Positions 48,385 through 57,357 of a DNA stretch of 64,000 nt are shown here, piece by piece. Source of the DNA: Candidatus Woesearchaeota archaeon (GTDB lineage Archaea; Nanobdellota; Nanobdellia; Woesearchaeales; JBJKQO01); assembly GCA_046705145.1 (NCBI GenBank), contig JBJKQO010000033.1:4023-68022 (forward strand), written 5' to 3'. The translations under genes were made by a program, and so were the position numbers. How positions within the stretch are numbered: the stretch's first letter is position 1; every line of letters begins with the position of its first letter. The notes beneath the pieces are model-generated. The model saw only the letters and a program-made list of their open reading frames with translations. It ran no database searches and was not told where the DNA came from.

Positions 48385-48993
48385 TTATATATCCAAAAGG
48401 TTTGTACTATCATGAGTAACATATAGATCAAGTTTTTTTCCACTCTCTGAATTTTCTAGATTGACCCTTGTCCCGCCTAAACCTGCTGAGACACTTGCAA
48501 CAGAAACTTCCCTCCCGATATCACTCATATAAAGACCTGAATGCCTATCAAAAGTAAGGGTTACCTTTCCTTTTTCTCTTTCTGGAATCTTAGGTTTGAC
48601 CCTAAATCCCTGCTTGTACCCATCATATCCCTGACTGGCACCACACAACACTGTCCTATTCTGTAAGACTACACCCCAATTATCAAATAAGTACCCAAGA
48701 ATATCTTGTGCCACAACAGCACATCTTCTTACTTCATCAAACCCATGTTTTATCTGTCCAAGCGATGCTGAAAGATTTGTTATTGCATCTGGGTAAGCTC
48801 TCCATAGCAGATTATTTTTTGTTGTTACAACAGCAGATTCAGATTCCTTGGTATGTTTTAATAACTCTTCTAAGGGGTAAAGGCTACCATCAATCCTCAC
48901 CCTTATAGAGATATCAGTTATAGTATCATAACCTTCTCCATCCCCCCTATAAGGAAATGACAAACATTGTTCTATTATCATTTTTTCCCCCAT
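48385..48993 (-). CDS. hypothetical protein (third gene of a three-gene cluster)
   Basis: 202 aa, no known motif. Confidence 0.4.
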   Translation of the reverse strand: MGEKMIIEQCLSFPYRGDGEGYDTITDISIRVRIDGSLYPLEELLKHTKESESAVVTTKNNLLWRAYPDAITNLSASLGQIKHGFDEVRRCAVVAQDILGYLFDNWGVVLQNRTVLCGASQGYDGYKQGFRVKPKIPEREKGKVTLTFDRHSGLYMSDIGREVSVASVSAGLGGTRVNLENSESGKKLDLYVTHDSTNLLDI

Positions 48994-49041
48994 TTAAGCA
49001 TTTCATTATGCTGTGGAATCATTTTTTTATCAAAAATAAAC

Positions 49042-50088
49042 TTATTGGATCATTATTTCAATCCCATCCTGATGACGCTGAGGGTGATCATGTTTCACTC
49101 CCTTTTCATCTAATACTTTATAAGCCGGTTTAAGCAGGCCATCTAGAACAGATCCGATCTGGGCGGCAATACATTTCATATTTGCAAGAATTGTGGCTTT
49201 GTTTTTAGGTGATGAGTCCCTTAATGTATTTGCAGTTGAAAGATAGGTGGCATATAACCCCCACAGTTTTTCAAAACATGATGTATCAAGCTTAACTTCA
49301 ATTCTGGTTGGATCGGTATATATCTCATCAAGGTCATATCCTTGTTCAGGTCTTGCAAAACAGATTACTCTTCTGTTAGGCTCAACCCCATAAATATCCA
49401 TAACCCTCCTTTCTGAATCTGGATCAAATACCCTCAAGATGAATCTAGGTTGAGATCCTTCTTCAGCAGAATAAGACATTAGATATGTTGAGTTTAAGTT
49501 TCTTCTTATCATTTTTCCTCTTGTTACAAAGGGGTATGATATATGATGATCCTCTTTAGCCATTTTGTTTATTGCTCCTATCAAAGAGTCTAACATCTCT
49601 GAACCTGAATTCGCAATCACTATAGTGCCATCTAGTCTATGATATCCTATTAGATCTGGAGAAAGAAATTGACCTGTACTGATATCCACATTACAGGGAA
49701 CATCTTTAAAAGCTTCGGTGAGTTCATCGATTGTAGTTTCAGGACGCAGAAAAGACGCAGTAACAATGCCTGCATGAGAAGGATGTGTTCTTTGTTGCAC
49801 AATATAGGAACTTAGTTTTTCTGCGAGTCCGCCTTTAATATGAGATTTAGGCATCATATTTAGGAGGGAAGGATTTTTAAAATCAACATGCCAAACATCA
49901 ACAATTTCAGGATTGGGAGTGTCAACTAAAGGCAAACCATCTACCACCCTTACCTCCTGAATAATGTCTCCAAATTGATCCCAAAAGGTTCTAAAAACCC
50001 CATCTTCACACTTTAACAGTTTTCTCCTTAGTGTTGAATCATCAAAAAAAAATCCCGGCATGTATATTCTTGCTTGTCCTTCACTCAT
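49042..50088 (-). CDS. hypothetical protein (second gene of the cluster)
   Basis: 348 aa, no known motif. Confidence 0.4.
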   Translation of the reverse strand: MSEGQARIYMPGFFFDDSTLRRKLLKCEDGVFRTFWDQFGDIIQEVRVVDGLPLVDTPNPEIVDVWHVDFKNPSLLNMMPKSHIKGGLAEKLSSYIVQQRTHPSHAGIVTASFLRPETTIDELTEAFKDVPCNVDISTGQFLSPDLIGYHRLDGTIVIANSGSEMLDSLIGAINKMAKEDHHISYPFVTRGKMIRRNLNSTYLMSYSAEEGSQPRFILRVFDPDSERRVMDIYGVEPNRRVICFARPEQGYDLDEIYTDPTRIEVKLDTSCFEKLWGLYATYLSTANTLRDSSPKNKATILANMKCIAAQIGSVLDGLLKPAYKVLDEKGVKHDHPQRHQDGIEIMIQ

Positions 50089-50139
50089 GCTTATCCCCTC
50101 TCATAAGATATTTCTCTGAATGTGTCTCTTCTAACTAAT

Positions 50140-50706
50140 TTATCTGCCACATTTTGCTTCATCTAAAGTTATGGTTATAAGATTGGACTTTTGATTGTAG
50201 GGTAGATCAAGCGCTAGTACCGTAGGATGTATTCTTGAGTCAAATGCTTCAGCAATAAGCTGAGCTCCAGTATAAGGATCTAATTCTCCCTCTAGACCAA
50301 ACTCTCTTAATGCTTGATTTACTATAGCTGGGGAAGCAATGTAAATTTGTGCTTTTCTTGGTACAAACAAACTTCCGGGTTTTCTGACAATGGATTCTAT
50401 TTCAGAAGTCGCTAAATCGTTGGGTTTAGGCTTTGCAGTCACCAGCCCATTATAAACCGCCAATAAACACGCAAGATATTCCACAACTGCACCTTGACGA
50501 ACATTTAGTTCAGATCCTTCTTTTTCATAGGTAGTAGAGCATGTTTCGCAGTTGAACTCCAGAAGAGACAGACCCTGTATCAACCTTGTGCAACGTGCTA
50601 TCTCTAAAAATGTTTCACGCAATTCATCTTTAGGGATAGTAGTATCGGGTACTGCTATCATCCCAACATAAGCATTGATATTTGGCATTTCTGGTTCGCT
50701 CATTTT
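50140..50706 (-). CDS. hypothetical protein (first gene of the cluster)
   Basis: The likely start is MKMSEPEM at 50706. Confidence 0.4.
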   Translation of the reverse strand, partial: KMSEPEMPNINAYVGMIAVPDTTIPKDELRETFLEIARCTRLIQGLSLLEFNCETCSTTYEKEGSELNVRQGAVVEYLACLLAVYNGLVTAKPKPNDLATSEIESIVRKPGSLFVPRKAQIYIASPAIVNQALREFGLEGELDPYTGAQLIAEAFDSRIHPTVLALDLPYNQKSNLITITLDEAKCGR

Positions 50707-50820
50707 CATATCCCCCCAAAACCATTTCAAGATTATTATTTTAAAGTAGAAACACTTTTTCATATTTAAAGCCGCATTTGAAGATTTTTTGTAAAAAAGA
50801 ACTATTTAGGGGAGAAATAG

Positions 50821-51040
50821 GAATAACGCAAAGTCGCTAATTACCAATATGCTCGCCCTATCCCTTGCCTGAAGGTAGGGGTATTAGGGCTCGCACTAGT
50901 GTTAGCGACTTTGCGGAACAACAAAAATCGAAGATTTTTGTGTTCAATTAAAGCTTCGCTTTAATTTGAATAGGAAAGTCGAGCCTGTATCTACAACCTA
51001 AAGGAACTAGTATTAGGCTCGACTTTTCTATAAATCAAGA
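50821..51040. repeat. structured intergenic repeat, family A, copy 2
   Basis: The 5' module is closed by gtcgctaa...ttagcgac (compensatory relative to copy 1). The 3' hairpin aagtcgagcctgtatctacaacctaaaggaactagtattaggctcgactt is about 97% identical to copy 1. Confidence 0.6.
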
Positions 51041-51064
51041 AGATTTAAGTAAATTTAAATAGGA

Positions 51065-51718
51065 TCAGAGTCGATAACTCAATTCACACCAGTATGCAAT
51101 ATCTGCTAATGGCTTGATAACGGCGTTTATTCCGAATGTTTTAGCTATATTCTCCAGTTTGGTTATATTAAACTTTTCTGATTTCAGTCCAGCACTTAGT
51201 ACCCTGAAATTTTTATCACTACTGACAACTTCCATCCCATTAGCCTTGATGAAATCAACATATTCTCGCTCGCAAGAATCTGATAATACGCTTAAAATAA
51301 TCTTTCCAGAGGGATTAATCACCCTTAATGCTTCTGCCAAGATAGGATCCCTGTCGTCACCAAGGTTTGCAAAAAAGTTCCATAACATGACTACATAATC
51401 AAATGAACCATTGTCAAAAGGAAGGCTTAATGCGTTTCCACAAACATAATGGACAGATGGAATTTCATCTAAATTTTCTCTTGCCACAACCATCTTTTCA
51501 AGTAGGTAATCAACTCCTACTATCATATCTGGTGGATACGGGCATCCTAAGATGATGCCACCACTTCTTCCTGGCCCGCATCCCATGTCCAATACTTTCT
51601 TTCCTCTTAAATCATATGATTGTACGCGCTCTGCCTCAGCCCCTAAATACCTCTCAAATGGATGTGTCAAGATAAACTTCTCTTGGTCAGTACCCTGAAA
51701 AAATGATTTAATTGCCAT
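51065..51718 (-). CDS. class I SAM-dependent methyltransferase
   Basis: VLDMGCGPGRSGGII motif I. Confidence 0.7.
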   Translation of the reverse strand: MAIKSFFQGTDQEKFILTHPFERYLGAEAERVQSYDLRGKKVLDMGCGPGRSGGIILGCPYPPDMIVGVDYLLEKMVVARENLDEIPSVHYVCGNALSLPFDNGSFDYVVMLWNFFANLGDDRDPILAEALRVINPSGKIILSVLSDSCEREYVDFIKANGMEVVSSDKNFRVLSAGLKSEKFNITKLENIAKTFGINAVIKPLADIAYWCELSYRL

Positions 51719-52020
51719 TTAAAAGTGGTAAAATATGAAAAAATATTTAAAATATCCCCTTAATAAATTTGTAAAAAATCAAAAATTCAAGCTATTTTAG
51801 GAAAAATTGACACCATCATAGCAAGATCCTTAATGCAAAAACTCCAGAAAATAATTTAACCATTTCAAGCTTGTTTGATTTACTATTCCCCAAAATATAA
51901 GAAATCCCAATTTAATGTGATAGATCATACAAAACGCCTGAATAAATAAGGGGGACCAGCATATAATCTTCTTGGTCATATGTGTGCCCCACACTTGCCC
52001 CTTTGAAATCCCTGTTGACA

Positions 52021-52098
52021 CTATTCACAACGACATTCGCAATCTGCAGGGACCAACTCTTTTAGATCATATTGTTCCCTTGTTTTTTTCTTTTCCAT
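52021..52098 (-). CDS. micro-ORF P8 of the CECRxE family (MEKKKTREQYDLKELVPADCECRCE)
   Basis: 25 aa. GGAGGG Shine-Dalgarno sequence 6 nt upstream of ATG. The C-terminus DCECRCE-stop matches the family consensus. Confidence 0.4.
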   Translation of the reverse strand: MEKKKTREQYDLKELVPADCECRCE

Positions 52099-52647
52099 GA
52101 TTATCCCTCCTTGATTTTTATTAAAATCAGGATATTCCTATAATTATCCTATTTAGATAATAGTTTATTGAAATATTTAAAATAATATTATTAAAATTTT
52201 TGTACTTCCTAAAATATTTAACTAAATATTAAAAAAATTGAAATGAATCTAAAAAAAATATGGAAAAACTCAAAATATTGGTTATAAATTATAATATATA
52301 AAATATATTTCTCTCAATTTTTTTATAAAATCACTTATTAATAAATTTATAGGAAAAATACAAAATATATCTCAGTTTACACCCGTATATTTCACTAGTA
52401 ACTTTCAGCCTAAACATTAATCCATCCGAAAAAGAGAAAAGAAAAACCGAACCAAGCCCTGAGGGCAAGCATACTCGTTAACTTATTAGAAGGTTAAATA
52501 CATAAAATTATGTGTTTAATAAGTGTATTTTACTTTGCGAAAAGTAATGCTTTTATTATAAACAAGCAAACCCCTGGTTTGTACTATCTCTAGTTTAGTA
52601 ATTATGAGATTGAATTTTATTAAAATCCCACTATAACTTTGAAGGAT

Positions 52648-53514
52648 TTATTGTGCTGTAATCCTAGTTAATAAAACTGCTGAAACTAAGATTAAAATTA
52701 TTCCCCCTATCTGTAAAATATTAAATTTTTCATCTAAAACAAAGAATTCAAATAATGCGGTTATTGCAGGAACAGCAGATATCATTAAAGCAGCAATAGA
52801 CGGGCCCTCTAATTCAATTCCTTTGTAAAAAGTTATTACCCTCAATCCACTAAATATGCCTGAAAGTAATACCCATATAAAACCATATTTTATAGTAGAT
52901 AAACCCTCCATCCCTAAAAATGGGATTAAAAGCAGAAGAAATAATGCTCCAAATATATATCTTCCAACTACCATTGTCAAAGAATCCATCTTTTCCATGC
53001 CTTTTTTTGCATAAGAATTGCAGAACCCGCTTATAGGCACAGTCAGGAAAATAAGCCAATCTCCATTATTAGGCATCTGCATGAATCCTTTAGTTGTTAA
53101 CATAATCAAACCAAGTATCATCGTTACCATAACAGGATAAAAAATTTTAGGCATCTTTTCTCCCATAATTGAATATGCAAAAATAAGTGTAAACACAGGA
53201 TATAAACTCATAATAGCCCCTTTATTTGTTGCAGTAGTGTATTTTAATGCAGATATCATCAACACAACTCCTAATCCTGAAGCAAGTACACCTATAACTG
53301 CTATATACTTCACATGTTTCATATCAAATCTCAATGATGATTTTTTCCCTAAAGCTAGCCATACTGCCACAACAAAACATAAACTGAAAAATACTCTTAA
53401 GAACGAAAAGAGTGAAGGATCCACCCCTTTGCCTATACCAATTTTATCAAAGAGGTTAACAGAAGCAAAAGCAAAAATAGATATTAATAGATAGACTATT
53501 CCTTTTGTTTTCAT
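52648..53514 (-). CDS. EamA/DMT superfamily transporter
   Basis: Ten predicted TM helices arranged as two EamA-like repeats. Confidence 0.65.
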   Translation of the reverse strand: MKTKGIVYLLISIFAFASVNLFDKIGIGKGVDPSLFSFLRVFFSLCFVVAVWLALGKKSSLRFDMKHVKYIAVIGVLASGLGVVLMISALKYTTATNKGAIMSLYPVFTLIFAYSIMGEKMPKIFYPVMVTMILGLIMLTTKGFMQMPNNGDWLIFLTVPISGFCNSYAKKGMEKMDSLTMVVGRYIFGALFLLLLIPFLGMEGLSTIKYGFIWVLLSGIFSGLRVITFYKGIELEGPSIAALMISAVPAITALFEFFVLDEKFNILQIGGIILILVSAVLLTRITAQ

Positions 53515-53592
53515 TTTATTCAGGTTAAGGTTTATTACTTTTAGCTTAGTGAAGAGATAAGCTAGCCAAACAAAATTTATTAAGACAATAAC

Positions 53593-55641
53593 TCAACTGC
53601 ACAACCCATATTTCTTGCATGCAGTGTAGATACTTCCGACGGTGGACTCTGCCTCTGTTAAGGTTGAAAAATTTTTATCTCCTTTGAACAAAGAATATAA
53701 TTTTTCTGATATCTGCCCGAGAGAATAATACCCTTTAAAGAAGATAAGAAACTCAAAAAACTCTTTTGGAAGGTCTCTGAAAAAACAGGTATTTACCTTT
53801 ATAGCTTCACTTTTGTTTGGGGCATAAACATATCGATTTTCTTTTCCATTATAAAAAAGCATGATCTCCTTTTTTCTACTTGGATGGGCAGTTTTTTCTT
53901 TGTATTTCTCTTCTTTAGCATAAGAGATTGACGGACTCCCAAAAGAATCCACTAACCCCTCATCTTTTAGCTTCTGGATACAACGATCAACTTCAAGGTC
54001 AACAATCTCTTTATTACCATATAATCTTAGCAGTTTTTCTTTTATTTCACTTAATTCATAAGCCCCATCAAGATAATGTGCTATATCCGCCCTTAATGAC
54101 CTTATTAAAACCTTATCATCAACATCCGACGGCAGACTACCTAAAATTTCAATTGCATTGAGAATACTTTTTGGGTCGTTAAAAAAAGGGCTGTCACTAA
54201 CTGCTTGTTCCTGAAGCCCTACATCTCTCTGCCCCCTACCAAACTCTGTGCTTGGATATGCCAGGATCAGATAGCACATCGCTCTTAGCGCCCTTTCATT
54301 ATCCCACCCATACTTCCTGCAATCCTGCCTGAAATCAAGCTGGTTTAAAGTCCCTCTCATTATGATGCCTGTTTCTTCCCTCTCCTTAAACCTTTCTTGA
54401 GTGGGTATGATGTCTCTGCTAAGCGCTGGCTGGATGATAAAATCATGATTTTTTGATCCGATATCATTTAGCAGACAAAAGGTCTTCCTGCTTGATCTTG
54501 CCGATGATCCCGGATAACCCTCAATAAGGAAAAGCCTGCATGATATCCCTTCATTACCGATTATGTTCAGCGCATTGGCAGCCTTGTTTTCCGTACCTAT
54601 CTTATTCATGTTTTCAAGCACTACATCGTCGCTGCACTCAACTCCTATCCCTACCTCCTGACATCCTGCCTTTGCAAGGTACTCTGCAAACCTTTTTGTT
54701 ACCCTGTCAGACCGGGTATAGCACCTGAACCCGAATTCAGGATAGTCTTTTTTAAAAATTGAGACTTCAGAAAGAAAATCTTCTGTTTTCCCCATATTTA
54801 TCCCAAACGTTAGGTCTATTATATAGAATTTAGGAATACCCATGCTAAACATGTAACGGATCTCATTTAGAGTATTGCCAAAATCCCTTTCAACGTATGT
54901 TTTCTTTGCTGCACAAAACTCACACTGAAACGGGCATCCTTTAGCCAGCTCAACAAGTCCTAAAACGAACATATTTTTAGTTGAGCAATGTTCAATAATA
55001 TCCTTTATCAGGCCTGTCCTCTTGCCATATATCTGCTCAGGAGCCAAGTTGATTACTTCCTGTTTTTTTACTATTTCATTAACCTTAACTCCCTGTTTAT
55101 CCCTTAATAGTAAGCCTGGCATGGCTAGATCCTTTTTTCCTGCCTTTAAAGCATTTATAAAACCTGCCAGGTGATGATTTGATTCCCCTATCCAGGCATA
55201 GTCTATATTAGGGCAAAACTTGAAAATTCTATCCCTTAAATGAGTTATTGCCTGACCCCCAACGATTATCCTGCAATTTGGAAGCTTTTCCTTTATCTTA
55301 GTTGTCAAAAAATCTATGCTGTCTGTGTTTGCCTGCGCGATCAGGGTAGTCATCACAATATCAGGGCGCTCTTTCGCAATAAGGTCTATCAGTTCCATAT
55401 TTGACATTGAAGGATCTTTAAACCATTCATAATCAAGCAGTAGTAGATCAGATTGGATACCATAATGGTCAAGTATTGCTGTCACCTCAAATGGTATCCT
55501 TGGGAGAATGAAGTATCTATTTCCGATATTCTCTTTGACGTACCTGCCCTTTTCAGTGTGTTCAAGGGAGGTAGTGTTTGGCGGGTTTACAAAGATGACC
55601 TTCATTTTATCCTCTTGTATCATGATACCTACACATATCAC
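53593..55641 (-). CDS. B12-binding domain radical SAM protein (class B) with a ~250-aa C-terminal extension
   Basis: The N-terminal Rossmann-like region (MKVIFVNPP...IIVGGQAITH) resembles a cobalamin-binding domain. Radical SAM motif GCPFQCEFC. The likely start is 55605. Confidence 0.7.
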   Translation of the reverse strand: MICVGIMIQEDKMKVIFVNPPNTTSLEHTEKGRYVKENIGNRYFILPRIPFEVTAILDHYGIQSDLLLLDYEWFKDPSMSNMELIDLIAKERPDIVMTTLIAQANTDSIDFLTTKIKEKLPNCRIIVGGQAITHLRDRIFKFCPNIDYAWIGESNHHLAGFINALKAGKKDLAMPGLLLRDKQGVKVNEIVKKQEVINLAPEQIYGKRTGLIKDIIEHCSTKNMFVLGLVELAKGCPFQCEFCAAKKTYVERDFGNTLNEIRYMFSMGIPKFYIIDLTFGINMGKTEDFLSEVSIFKKDYPEFGFRCYTRSDRVTKRFAEYLAKAGCQEVGIGVECSDDVVLENMNKIGTENKAANALNIIGNEGISCRLFLIEGYPGSSARSSRKTFCLLNDIGSKNHDFIIQPALSRDIIPTQERFKEREETGIIMRGTLNQLDFRQDCRKYGWDNERALRAMCYLILAYPSTEFGRGQRDVGLQEQAVSDSPFFNDPKSILNAIEILGSLPSDVDDKVLIRSLRADIAHYLDGAYELSEIKEKLLRLYGNKEIVDLEVDRCIQKLKDEGLVDSFGSPSISYAKEEKYKEKTAHPSRKKEIMLFYNGKENRYVYAPNKSEAIKVNTCFFRDLPKEFFEFLIFFKGYYSLGQISEKLYSLFKGDKNFSTLTEAESTVGSIYTACKKYGLCS

Positions 55642-55726
55642 ACGAAATATTCATCCTACAGAAATCACCCCTTCTGAATCAAAAAAAATCCAAATTCAAT
55701 CAAACAATTTCGTTCATCATCTGATC

Positions 55727-55792
55727 CTACTCACATTTAGTCTCAAAATCAAACGATGCAATCTTCAAAATGCACCATTCATTATTACCCAT
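55727..55792 (-). CDS. micro-ORF P1 (MGNNEWCILKIASFDFETKCE), a truncated family member
   Basis: Shares NEWCIL-IAS with P2. A TAG replaces the Cys codon of the CEC motif. Its ATG lies 1 nt after the P2 stop. Confidence 0.3.
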   Translation of the reverse strand: MGNNEWCILKIASFDFETKCE

Positions 55793-55793
55793 A

Positions 55794-55862
55794 TTATTCC
55801 ATCCTGCACTCACAATTAAGCGATGCTATCCCTAAAATACACCATTCATTAATATTAACCAT
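55794..55862 (-). CDS. micro-ORF P2 (MVNINEWCILGIASLNCECRME)
   Basis: 22 aa with the conserved C-terminus NCECRME-stop. Tightly packed with P3 and P1 through GAATAAtATGG junctions. Confidence 0.4.
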   Translation of the reverse strand: MVNINEWCILGIASLNCECRME

Positions 55863-55863
55863 A

Positions 55864-55923
55864 TTATTCAATCCTGCACTCGCAATTGATTGTTTCAAGT
55901 TTTAACAGTTTTATTTCATCCAT
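55864..55923 (-). CDS. micro-ORF P3 (MDEIKLLKLETINCECRIE)
   Basis: 19 aa. GAGGTGG Shine-Dalgarno sequence 5 nt upstream. Conserved NCECRIE-stop. Confidence 0.4.
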   Translation of the reverse strand: MDEIKLLKLETINCECRIE

Positions 55924-55973
55924 TATTCCACCTCGGATATATTGGATTGTCAAAGACTCTATAGTCTTGTTTC

Positions 55974-56027
55974 TCATTCGAGCCTGCATTCACAGATGAC
56001 ATCTATTTTAGTTAGAGTTTGTTCCAT
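55974..56027 (-). CDS. micro-ORF P4 (MEQTLTKIDVICECRLE)
   Basis: 17 aa. AGGAG Shine-Dalgarno sequence 4 nt upstream. Conserved ICECRLE-stop. A hairpin aagactctatagtctt follows downstream. Confidence 0.4.
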   Translation of the reverse strand: MEQTLTKIDVICECRLE

Positions 56028-56156
56028 AGTCTCCTACCTCAACAGTATAGTTGCATTTAGATAGTCCTATAAGTGAATGATATATAATAAACTTGTTCCA
56101 TAAATTTTTGTAAAAACGCAAAATTTATATATCGAATAGGAATATCTTATATAATA

Positions 56157-57164
56157 ATGGCAGATCTAGATAAGATTGATATTAAACTACTGGCAATCCT
56201 GGAAGAAGATGGCAGACAATCCTTATCGCAGATAGCAAAAAAGCTCAATACTTCTCAACAGGTTGTCAGCTACAGGATCAAATCTCTTGAAAAAAGGAAT
56301 ATCATAGGAGGATATTATACATTCATAAATTTTCTAAGGCTAGGCTATACCAGTTTCAGGACGATGATATCATTCAGCAACATAAATAAAACCAAACATA
56401 AGGAGATCATCTCTTTTCTTATGGATCATCCGAACGTCCTTTGGCTTGTTGACTGCAGCGGAAGGTGGGACCTGATAATTAACTTTCTGGCAAAAAACAT
56501 CATCCAGTACGAATCGATGTTCAATGAGTTCAGAAAAATGTTTCCAGACCAGATCCAAAACTATGACATACTCCCAACAGTTGAAGTGTCTTATTTCGGA
56601 AGAGATTACATAATGAAAAAACATAGGGACCTCAGAAAGAGTTCACTTCTCGGAAAAGAGTACGGGACAGACAGCCTGGACTTACTAAACTATAACATCC
56701 TTAAGATGATCTCAAAAAATGCAAGAATCCCTGCAGTTGAGATAGCAAATAAGCTTAAAGTTAGCCCTAACACTGTAATCCTTCGGCTTAATGAGCTAAA
56801 AAGAACCGGCATGATACAAGGTTATACCACGCTACTTCATCTGGATTATACAGGTTATAGCAGTTACAAGGCATTAATAAAGATATTTAATACGACCGAA
56901 GAAAAGGAAAATGCAATAATCAATAACCTGAGGTCTAACGTGAATGTAGTTGGATTCGTGAAACTTGTAGGATCCTGGAACTTTGAGATAGAATTTGAAG
57001 TAGAAACAAATGAGCAGATGATTGAACTCACAAGAGATATTAGAGACCGGTTCAGGGACAATATCAAGGAATTTGAGATAATCCAACTGCTTCACGAGTA
57101 TAAGTATGACTTCTTTCCTGGAGACCTGCTGGAAGACAACCCTAAAAAAAGCAATAAAAAATAA
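56157..57164 (+). CDS. double-domain Lrp/AsnC-like regulator, array paralog 1
   Basis: DIKLLAILEEDGRQSLSQIAKKLNTSQQVVSYRIKSL and NILKMISKNARIPAVEIANKLKVSPNTVILRLNEL HTHs, each followed by a RAM-like domain. C-terminus LHEYKYDFFPGDLLE. Confidence 0.65.
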   Translation: MADLDKIDIKLLAILEEDGRQSLSQIAKKLNTSQQVVSYRIKSLEKRNIIGGYYTFINFLRLGYTSFRTMISFSNINKTKHKEIISFLMDHPNVLWLVDCSGRWDLIINFLAKNIIQYESMFNEFRKMFPDQIQNYDILPTVEVSYFGRDYIMKKHRDLRKSSLLGKEYGTDSLDLLNYNILKMISKNARIPAVEIANKLKVSPNTVILRLNELKRTGMIQGYTTLLHLDYTGYSSYKALIKIFNTTEEKENAIINNLRSNVNVVGFVKLVGSWNFEIEFEVETNEQMIELTRDIRDRFRDNIKEFEIIQLLHEYKYDFFPGDLLEDNPKKSNKK

Positions 57165-57174
57165 CAAGGATCAA

Positions 57175-57243
57175 TCATTCAACCCTGCATTCACAATTAT
57201 CAGTTTCGACAGGTTTTAACTCATAATAGTGTTCTTCGACCAT
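57175..57243 (-). CDS. micro-ORF P5 (MVEEHYYELKPVETDNCECRVE)
   Basis: 22 aa. GGAGGG Shine-Dalgarno sequence 8 nt upstream. Divergent from Lrp paralog 2; its stop lies 10 nt past the stop of paralog 1. Confidence 0.45.
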   Translation of the reverse strand: MVEEHYYELKPVETDNCECRVE

Positions 57244-57357
57244 TTTAGTTCCCTCCTAAGTTATAATAATGTATAACTTCGAGATTAATTAAAGTATACG
57301 CCATATTTTTTTGTTAAATCGAAATATTTATATATAATTATTATATACCACAAAAAT

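Noticed and set aside
55700-56050. Reading the micro-ORF conservation as purely a DNA operator motif
   Set aside because: Not fully rejected. Consistent GGAGG Shine-Dalgarno sequences at 4-8 nt, in-frame stops immediately after the motif in all eight copies, and the stop-1nt-start packing favour a coding reading, so they are reported as CDS at low-moderate confidence.
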